Positions 9,101-15,071 of a stretch of DNA of 19,759 nt are shown in pieces. Source of the DNA: Nitrospirota bacterium. Lineage in GTDB: Bacteria > Nitrospirota > UBA9217. Below the pieces are notes generated by a model. That model made no database searches. It was not told the origin of the DNA and worked only from the letters and a program-made list of their open reading frames with translations. The position numbers and the translations under genes are program-made. The stretch is from positions 1 through 19,759 of the forward strand of contig JAOUEV010000058.1 in NCBI GenBank assembly GCA_029858565.1. Direction: 5' to 3'. Each line of letters begins with the position of its first letter. Position 1 is the stretch's first letter.

Positions 9101-9414
9101 CGGAGCTCCTGAAGCCCATCAAGCAGATGAGGCATATCCTGCCCGCGGTCCTGCATCACCACGAGCGCTATGACGGGTCGGGATATCCTGACGGTCTCAA
9201 GGGATCGGATATACCCGGTCTGGCACGGGTACTGGCCGTTGCGGATGCCTTCGACTCCATGACGGCATGGCGGCCCTATCGCAGGACGTTTACGTGCCAG
9301 GAAGCGATCGCAGAGCTGCGGCGCTGCGCAGGGACCCAGTTCGATCCCGTGCTCGTGGAGGCATTCATCGCCAGCTTGCAGAAACTCGACCAGGATCCGG
9401 CGCGCGCAGCATGA
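6124..9414 (+). CDS. HD-GYP cyclic dinucleotide phosphodiesterase (degenerate REC, 3 PAS/PAC, 2 GAF, HD-GYP)
   Basis: Three PAS/PAC ends (DITARKRAE, DITDRKLAE, DITETKRAE); two GAF-like segments (IPLVGK...LGLL, TPLIVKG...GFVSL); GHSERV, HDVGK, HHERYDGSGYPDGL, ADAFDSM, RPYR and GTQFDP motifs. Start could alternatively be GTG 6142. Confidence 0.93.
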   Translation: MVQGGIVSQNSHSILFLGGESGEAGTVRDALRELAEQFELSVVPDIADALHAIESGQFDIVFLDVSGMNGGLREVITRIKSRGCESPSVIALAVRDRPEGDSLLLSGACDYLLAGRGDPASLLGAVRSVIERRKLTKALAFSNERYSRLLGSVTDYTYSVVIRDNRPVTSSHSPGCAAVTGYTVDEYHADPHLWFRMIHHSDRQAVLHMVSQVLCGGNPAPLEHRIIHKTGDIRWIRNTPMPRYDQQGILIAYDGLVTDITARKRAEEALLESETRYRTLVDTTPDTIFLVDRDLRFLFVNNAGSRMIGKQSDELTGKKHGDVFPPDVARKQEVLIQRVFSTGAPLETDIRHCVGSREVWNFARLVPMFDDGGSVSTVLGVVMDITDRKLAEEALRQSEQLLQREFLNVQRAKQEWEITFDTISDPIFIHDKNCRIIRANKAYQEVAGIPFQDIIGKPFPEIFPNIDNTVDVEGGDVIRLDARQPNYYVEELAMPSLSRVFRGKTYPIYDDAGELLHCVQVLEDITETKRAEDAMKQEMEISANLLMLAEAATDSLDPGKLMEWMTVYCRKVLNAGFLLSYLWDGATNSYRPERQQGLSSVVTPLFKTEPLDPRRDGVAPLVAAKRPVVLAALAEQPDAGRSRRFTVVPVETGATAAAETVVEAPFDWMSRHAMCIVIPLVGKAAPLGLLVAGFDDHRILSDRDRKLIGGIARQASLALDEASLYHTAMERSMALAHKVEILKVIHEIDMNILSSLEPKEVVETALQNITKVIPCDRAEAMILDVEQHLLVRYPGSGGSETGGRILSISDTSASEVLASCRTRYDPDIGADDGLRKEEAGLLMDGFRSLLRTPLIVKGSAAGFVSLASRRRAAFTFEDLGSLEQLAGLIGIAFENIRLVTDMQELFFGTVKSLSSAIDAKSSWTAGHSERVTRYALMLGQETGMNGPELRSLEMAALLHDVGKLGTYDMILDKECSLTADEYEIIKRHPVRGAELLKPIKQMRHILPAVLHHHERYDGSGYPDGLKGSDIPGLARVLAVADAFDSMTAWRPYRRTFTCQEAIAELRRCAGTQFDPVLVEAFIASLQKLDQDPARAA

Positions 9415-9531
9415 ATTGCCGCGGATGTCGTCACGGACGCCGTTTCCCGCATGTTCACGCGCAAGGTCCCGCTGCTTGTCAATCCGCCTGCCAGGCCTGT
9501 TCATCTCCTCCCCGGAGTGCGCCGGCCGAAA

Positions 9532-9586
9532 TTTACCGCATCTTAACACCCATTAACGCCACATTTACGCCTTCCGGGGGTATCGT
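9532..9586 (+). promoter_or_regulatory. Four TT(A/T)AC direct repeats plus putative -10 box (TATCGT)
   Basis: TTTAC 9532, TTAAC 9543, TTAAC 9553, TTTAC 9564, then TATCGT 9581; same layout as 12690-12743. Confidence 0.7.
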
Positions 9587-9632
9587 TGAAGCAAGAAAAG
9601 CACATGATGTCGGACGTGTAAAGGAGCAGGTC

Positions 9633-10439
9633 ATGAGATATTTGGGTATCGCTCTTCTCGCAGGCTTCCTGGTGTTCGCCGGATCGCCTACCGTATCCGG
9701 CCAGACCGGGATCAAGAAAAAACGATCTTCTGCCCAGGACTATGGAAAGGTCGTCATCAATACGGCGAACTCGGAACGCTACGGACTGGGGCCGGTGCAG
9801 TTCGACCACTGGCTCCACAGGACCAAGACCACCTGTCGTGTCTGTCATGTGGACATCGGATTCGCCATGAAGGCGGGCGGGACCGGCATCCGTGCCGAGG
9901 ATAACATGGCGGGCTACTATTGCGGTTCCTGCCATAATGGAAAGCCTTTTCAGGGGAAGGTCGTGTTCGAGTCCTGCTCCCGGGAGTTCAGGACCGGCGA
10001 ATTGAAACGTTGCGAACGATGTCATTCGCTGGGGAAACAGGTAAAGCTCGAAAATTCGTTCGCTGCCGTCACCGGCGACCTTCCGAAGGAGCGGTATGGG
10101 AACGGGATCGACTGGGTGAAGGCGGAATCAGCCGGGGCGGTGAAGCCGGTAAGGCATCTCGAGGGAGTGTCGCCGAGGGCCTCGTCCTTGCCGGTGCAAA
10201 AAGACTTTTTGCTCAATCCGAAAGTGGCCGGCATGCCGGAGATCATTTTTTCCCACCAGAAGCACACGGCATGGAACGGTTGTCAGGTGTGCCATCCCGA
10301 GATATTCATCGGCGTGAAGAAGGGCACCACCAAATATTCAATGGTCGAGATATTCGACGGGAAGTTCTGCGGCGTGTGCCACGGGAAGGTCGCATTCCCA
10401 CTTATGGATTGTGAACGATGCCATACTCAACCCGTATAA
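9633..10439 (+). CDS. Periplasmic hexaheme cytochrome c (two c7-type triheme domains)
   Basis: AAGGAG before ATG 9633; Sec-type signal peptide; six CxxCH (CRVCH, CGSCH, CERCH, CQVCH, CGVCH, CERCH); F-x-H-x-x-H before each triad. Confidence 0.92.
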   Translation: MRYLGIALLAGFLVFAGSPTVSGQTGIKKKRSSAQDYGKVVINTANSERYGLGPVQFDHWLHRTKTTCRVCHVDIGFAMKAGGTGIRAEDNMAGYYCGSCHNGKPFQGKVVFESCSREFRTGELKRCERCHSLGKQVKLENSFAAVTGDLPKERYGNGIDWVKAESAGAVKPVRHLEGVSPRASSLPVQKDFLLNPKVAGMPEIIFSHQKHTAWNGCQVCHPEIFIGVKKGTTKYSMVEIFDGKFCGVCHGKVAFPLMDCERCHTQPV

Positions 10440-11212
10440 TAAGGTATGTGCTGATCCTGGCGGCCGGCCTGGCGGCTCCCTGTCTTGCGGAAGCCCAGGG
10501 CGGCGCGTCGCGTCTGGAATTTCCTGAAGCGAAACCGCCGGAGATCTACGGCACGATCCTCATCGACCGGACGTCGACCCTGAAGGGGGTGAAGCCGGTG
10601 ATCTTTTCGCACTGGCTCCATCGCCGTACGCACACCTGCCGGGTCTGTCATTTTGAACTTGAGTTCAACATGAAGGCAAACTCGACCGAGATCACGGAAA
10701 ACGAGAACCGTTCCGGGAAGTACTGCGGCGCTTGTCATGACGGCAGGGAACACGACGGCAAGGTCCTGTTCGGACATGAGAACAGCGCGGATTGCGGGAA
10801 GTGTCATACCGGCGACCTAACTGCGGGAAGCGGGAGATACAAGGAACTCGCCAGGCTGCCCCGGTCCTCGTCCGGCAACAAGGTGAACTGGTCCAAGGCG
10901 CTTGAAAAAGGAATGATCACGCCGCAGCATGAGCTGCACATCAAGGCCGCTGATATGAATTACGACAAAAGCATCAAGCTGGAGGCCGAATGGTGGAATA
11001 TCCCGCCGGCCCTGTTCCCGCATGACCGTCACATCAAATGGCTCGACTGCAACAACTGCCATCCTGATATTTTCAATATTAAGAAAAAGACGACCAAGCA
11101 CTTTCTTATGACACGCATCCTGTCCGGGGAATTCTGCGGTGTCTGTCACATGACCGTCGCGTTCCCGATCACCGATTGCAGAAAATGCCATCCCGCGATG
11201 AGGGAGCAGTGA
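10418..11212 (+). CDS. Periplasmic hexaheme cytochrome c (two c7-type triheme domains), paralog of the preceding gene
   Basis: Signal peptide; six CxxCH (CRVCH, CGACH, CGKCH, CNNCH, CGVCH, CRKCH); shares HWLHR..TCRVCH, GN..[DN]W.KA and FCGVCH..VAFP with the upstream gene. Confidence 0.92.
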   Translation: MPYSTRIIRYVLILAAGLAAPCLAEAQGGASRLEFPEAKPPEIYGTILIDRTSTLKGVKPVIFSHWLHRRTHTCRVCHFELEFNMKANSTEITENENRSGKYCGACHDGREHDGKVLFGHENSADCGKCHTGDLTAGSGRYKELARLPRSSSGNKVNWSKALEKGMITPQHELHIKAADMNYDKSIKLEAEWWNIPPALFPHDRHIKWLDCNNCHPDIFNIKKKTTKHFLMTRILSGEFCGVCHMTVAFPITDCRKCHPAMREQ

Positions 11213-11215
11213 AAC

Positions 11216-11656
11216 ATGCACGCACTGAATCCTGACAGCGGACGGACTGCCGTGCCGACAGCGTCCTGCGCGATCATGCTCCTGATACGCGCCACGACGA
11301 TTGCCGTGTTCCTGCTCTCGTCCCCGGCGGCCGCGCGGCAGAACGGAACGATCGATATCGGCGCCGGAGAAAAAGACTGGCGGACGGAATTCGACGACAT
11401 CTGTTCGCTTGTAGACACTGCAATGGAGATGAGCCCCGCGGAGTTGGAAGAGCTCCTTTTTCGCTGCCAGGCGCTGGAACCAAGGATCGAAAAGCTTCCT
11501 GAAACACCGAAAAAGGTATTTGGCCGCAAGCTCCGGATGTGCAGGGATCTCTATCGATTCGTACTTGACAACAAGTACGGAAAAAACAGCGCAGACGGCA
11601 GCGGCGCTGGGGTTCACGGTGAGGCCGGAACAAAGGGAAAGGCTGTGGGTAAATGA
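11216..11656 (+). CDS. Hypothetical exported helical protein
   Basis: Fills the gap between cytochrome genes; hydrophobic signal-like stretch ending SPAAA; amphipathic core WRTEFDDIC...RC...MCRDLYRFVL. Start uncertain (ATG 11277 possible). Confidence 0.7.
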   Translation: MHALNPDSGRTAVPTASCAIMLLIRATTIAVFLLSSPAAARQNGTIDIGAGEKDWRTEFDDICSLVDTAMEMSPAELEELLFRCQALEPRIEKLPETPKKVFGRKLRMCRDLYRFVLDNKYGKNSADGSGAGVHGEAGTKGKAVGK

Positions 11657-12621
11657 GCATGAAAGGAAAGAAGGCCTTGCGAAGGTTCTTCAGCGCCGCT
11701 GCCGCGGCGTGCTTCCTGATGATCCACCTGGCCGCATCCGCAGAGCAGGCCGATCTGGCGGTCTTGCACCCCAGGGATCGGTCGCTAGCCGGAGCCACGA
11801 TCAGCGTGGTGCTGAATCCGGCAGCGGAGAAATTGCCGGGGCCGTTCTTTCAGTTGACCATCGGCGGCGAACGCGGTCCGGTTGTAAATGCGGAAACGAT
11901 GCCGCACGCGGTACGGAACGTCGGACTCCATCCGGGTGAGAATAGGATCGTTGTGACGTTCTTTAAACAGCAGGCGTTCTTTGGGAAGCTCAGGAAGATC
12001 GCTTCGCAGGAGTTGACCGTATTCAGCGGAAAATACCCCTCTGGGGAGGCAGCGGTCCCGCCGCATTTCAGCAGAAGGACGTTCCACCAGGACGGCTGCG
12101 GAACGGCATGCCTGCAGTGCCACGGCATCGGACACCTGGCAGCGGACGGTTCGCTTATCAGTTCGCCGGGGAAGGCCTGTCTTTCCTGTCATTCCTTTGT
12201 CACGTCCCGACGGCATGTGCACAGTCCGGTCGCGGCTTCCTCCTGTACTGCCTGTCATGATGTCGATGGAAAACGGCAGGTCGTCGTGACTGCTTCGCTT
12301 GGAGCCATCCCAAGGCAGCGGGAGCAGAACGCCTTGTGCGGACGATGCCATGAAAGAACGCTTTCGAACCAATTCACCCATGGGCCGGTAGCAGCGGGCT
12401 TGTGCATCCATTGTCATGACCCTCATTCCGGAACCCATGCCGCACAGCTCAGAAAACCGGCGAGCGAGCTTTGCATGGAGTGCCATGAAGCGCGTTCGTT
12501 GCAAACCTGCGCTGCCAGGACCACAAGCGCGTCAGGTGGCGCAGTTGAATGCACGATGTGCCACGATCCGCACGGTTCAAGCAACAGCAGACTGCTTTTA
12601 ACAAAGGTCGTCATACGCTGA
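11653..12621 (+). CDS. Multiheme cytochrome c (seven CxxCH, paired-CxxCH type) with N-terminal non-heme domain
   Basis: Signal-like N-terminus; CLQCH, CLSCH, CTACH, CGRCH, CIHCH, CMECH, CTMCH; H-x-PV...CxxCHDPH repeat units. Confidence 0.9.
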   Translation: MSMKGKKALRRFFSAAAAACFLMIHLAASAEQADLAVLHPRDRSLAGATISVVLNPAAEKLPGPFFQLTIGGERGPVVNAETMPHAVRNVGLHPGENRIVVTFFKQQAFFGKLRKIASQELTVFSGKYPSGEAAVPPHFSRRTFHQDGCGTACLQCHGIGHLAADGSLISSPGKACLSCHSFVTSRRHVHSPVAASSCTACHDVDGKRQVVVTASLGAIPRQREQNALCGRCHERTLSNQFTHGPVAAGLCIHCHDPHSGTHAAQLRKPASELCMECHEARSLQTCAARTTSASGGAVECTMCHDPHGSSNSRLLLTKVVIR

Positions 12622-12689
12622 CCAATATGATCGCAGAGTTCAGCGAGGACAGCTCGGGACCACCGGCTGTTGTTGCAGGTGACAAGAGC

Positions 12690-12743
12690 TTAACCGGAAT
12701 TAACAGCCATTAACAGCAAATTTACCCGCCAACGCAGTATAGT
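12690..12743 (+). promoter_or_regulatory. Four TT(A/T)AC direct repeats plus putative -10 box (TATAGT)
   Basis: TTAAC 12690, 12700, 12710, TTTAC 12721, then TATAGT 12738; same layout as 9532-9586. Confidence 0.7.
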
Positions 12744-12907
12744 TTTGCTATAGTTACACTCATCAAATATTCCGGGCATGACGATTTGAGCAGCATGAGC
12801 ACAAGATATCCAAAACGTTCAGAATCATGCGATTCTTGAAATAGCAGCTAAAGTATGATGGTCAGCTTATCAGTCACGATCGAGCAAATCACGACCTAAG
12901 GAGGCAG

Positions 12908-14599
12908 ATGATGATGAAAAAAGTTCTGGTTGCAAGCATTCTTGTACTGGCGGTTGCTTTCATGTTCGGCATGTATACCGGCAATGCGGATGCACAGTAC
13001 AAGGCTGCTCCAGCGGCTAAGGCCGCGGAGAAGGATGTGAATGTGAGCACCTGCTACGGGTGCCACGATCCGATCAAGGAGCTGCACACCATGGGCAAGC
13101 ACGGGAAGGTGAACTGTGCGAAGTGCCATAGCGGCCTGCAGAAGCACATGGCCAGCCCCGGACCGGACACCCGTCCGGTTACCAATACGGCCTGGGAGGC
13201 CTGCGGCCAGTGCCACAAGGACCAGTTCGAGAGCTTCAATCAGATCGCCATGCACCGGCCGGCGCGGGACGAGAAGTCCCAGCTCACGAACCGTTCGCCT
13301 AATCCTTTCTGGGAGAAGCTGATGGCCGGCCACGGATTCACCAAGGAGCACAACCTCACCCGCAGCCACGTCGCCATGCTGACGGACCACCTGATCGTGG
13401 ACCGCGCCTACGGCGGCCGGTTCCAGGCAAAGGACGGCTGGAACTATATTTTTGAAAAAGGCAAAGCCTGGGACATCCTGACGGACACCCATCATGAGAC
13501 CAAGGAGCACAAGGCTTTCATTCCCCAGAGCGCTGCTGCTGCCAACCCGGTCTGCCTCCAGTGCAAATCCCAGGACCAGATCCTGAAGTGGTCTTATATG
13601 GGAGACAAAGTGGAAGGCAAGACCACCTGGGACCGCACATCGAACGTTGTTGAGTTCGTGAAAGACCTGAACCACGGCCTGAACTGTTTCACCTGCCACG
13701 ATCCCCATGCTGCAAAGCCCCGTATCGTGCGCGACGGCCTGATCCAGGCGCTCACCCGGCCCGAGGCGGACACGCTCTGGCACAAGGACCCCAAGCACAC
13801 GAACATCAAGGTCATCGATATGGGACTCCGGGGATTCACCCGCAAGATAGCGATCCTGGACAAGTACGACACCCGGCTCCAGTGCGGCCAGTGCCACGTG
13901 GAGTACAACTGCAATCCCGGCACGGACACCAAGACCGGCGAAAAGGTCACGATGGCTGACCAGCGGACGAATCACTTCCCCTACAAGGACGTGTTCGGCC
14001 TCTACGAGCATTACAAGAACCAGATCAATTTCCTCGACTTCAAGCACGCGATCACCGGCGGCCTGCTCTGGAAGGCCCAGCATCCCGAGGCGGAGAGCTT
14101 CTACAACTCCAAGCATGCCAAGGCCGGCGCTGGCTGCGACTCCTGTCATTCGCCCAAGATGAAGAACAAGCAGGGCAAGACCTTCACCTCGCACTTCGTG
14201 GTGACCCCGAAGGCCGTGCTGAAGCAGACCTGCCTCACCTCAAAGTGCCATCCCAAGTGGAACGAGGAACAGGCGAAATACGCCATCGATTCCATCAAGG
14301 CGCACATCAGGGGCAAGATGCGCAAGGCCGAGTTCCGCATCTCCGTGCTGATCGACAAGATCGTGGCTGCGAAGGCGGCGGGCGTGGATCCTGAAGTGAT
14401 CAAGCAGGCCCAGGACCAGCACCTGAAGGCGCACATCCTCTGGGAGTACTGGACCGCTGAGAATTCCGACGGCTTCCACAACCCCGAGATGGCCAAGGAA
14501 GCTATGACCAAGTCTGCTGATGAGGCGTTCAAGGGCATCAAGATCATCGATGATGCCATGGCAGCCAAGACCGCATCGGCTGCCCCGGCTGGCAAATAA
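12908..14599 (+). CDS. nrfA: Ammonia-forming cytochrome c nitrite reductase, octaheme (ONR/TvNiR-type) form of the NrfA family
   Basis: AAGGAGG RBS; signal peptide; three N-terminal CxxCH, active-site CLQCK (13553-13567), three further CxxCH and one CX4CH; catalytic-type motifs TRSH, CHVEYNCNPG, KAQHPE and AENSDGFHNP. Confidence 0.93.
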   Translation: MMMKKVLVASILVLAVAFMFGMYTGNADAQYKAAPAAKAAEKDVNVSTCYGCHDPIKELHTMGKHGKVNCAKCHSGLQKHMASPGPDTRPVTNTAWEACGQCHKDQFESFNQIAMHRPARDEKSQLTNRSPNPFWEKLMAGHGFTKEHNLTRSHVAMLTDHLIVDRAYGGRFQAKDGWNYIFEKGKAWDILTDTHHETKEHKAFIPQSAAAANPVCLQCKSQDQILKWSYMGDKVEGKTTWDRTSNVVEFVKDLNHGLNCFTCHDPHAAKPRIVRDGLIQALTRPEADTLWHKDPKHTNIKVIDMGLRGFTRKIAILDKYDTRLQCGQCHVEYNCNPGTDTKTGEKVTMADQRTNHFPYKDVFGLYEHYKNQINFLDFKHAITGGLLWKAQHPEAESFYNSKHAKAGAGCDSCHSPKMKNKQGKTFTSHFVVTPKAVLKQTCLTSKCHPKWNEEQAKYAIDSIKAHIRGKMRKAEFRISVLIDKIVAAKAAGVDPEVIKQAQDQHLKAHILWEYWTAENSDGFHNPEMAKEAMTKSADEAFKGIKIIDDAMAAKTASAAPAGK

Positions 14600-14614
14600 C
14601 GGAAGATACATTCA

Positions 14615-14651
14615 CGCGAGGCGGGGCATGCTCCCGCCTCGCGCCTTTTTT
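14615..14651 (+). terminator. Rho-independent terminator-like hairpin
   Basis: Perfect 11-bp stem CGCGAGGCGGG/CCCGCCTCGCG with a 7-nt loop, followed by CC and T6. Confidence 0.8.
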
Positions 14652-14690
14652 CCCACCTCACAACAAGGAAGCAATCAGCAAGGAGGCAAT

Positions 14691-15071
14691 ATGAAACGGT
14701 TTGTATTGGTGCTTCTGATGCTCGTTCTCCCGATCTCCGCGTACTCTGCCGGCAAGACCCACATGAAGACCGACGGCCAGGACTGTGTCGAATGCCACGG
14801 CAACCAGGAGCAGGTGTGGCTGGACGGCAAGCACGGGCTCATGAACGTCAAATGCGTGGTGTGCCACGGAAATCCCGAACAGAATTTCGCACCCAAGCCC
14901 GGATTGAGCCGCTGCCGCGGCTGTCATGCCGAGAAGGTCGCTGATGTGGAAAAGAAACTATCCGCAAAGGAGCGCACCTGTTTCCTTTGCCATGACAACC
15001 ACCGGGTCACCGTGAAGGACACGGCCAAGGTCAAGAGCGGATTCCATCAGGAAGGAGGAGCGCCGAAATGA
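14691..15071 (+). CDS. napM: Small periplasmic tetraheme cytochrome c, NapM-like
   Basis: AAGGAGG before ATG 14691; signal peptide; CVECH, CVVCH, CRGCH, CFLCH; ATGA overlap with napA, the position napM holds in Desulfovibrio napCMADGH. The symbol rests on heme count and synteny. Confidence 0.75.
   Translation: MKRFVLVLLMLVLPISAYSAGKTHMKTDGQDCVECHGNQEQVWLDGKHGLMNVKCVVCHGNPEQNFAPKPGLSRCRGCHAEKVADVEKKLSAKERTCFLCHDNHRVTVKDTAKVKSGFHQEGGAPK

Noticed and set aside
9267-9632. Cys-rich in-frame N-terminal extension of the first hexaheme cytochrome (ATG 9411, MNCRGCRH...)
   Set aside because: No RBS; it would bury the signal peptide and run through the repeat/promoter region, while ATG 9633 has a good AAGGAG.
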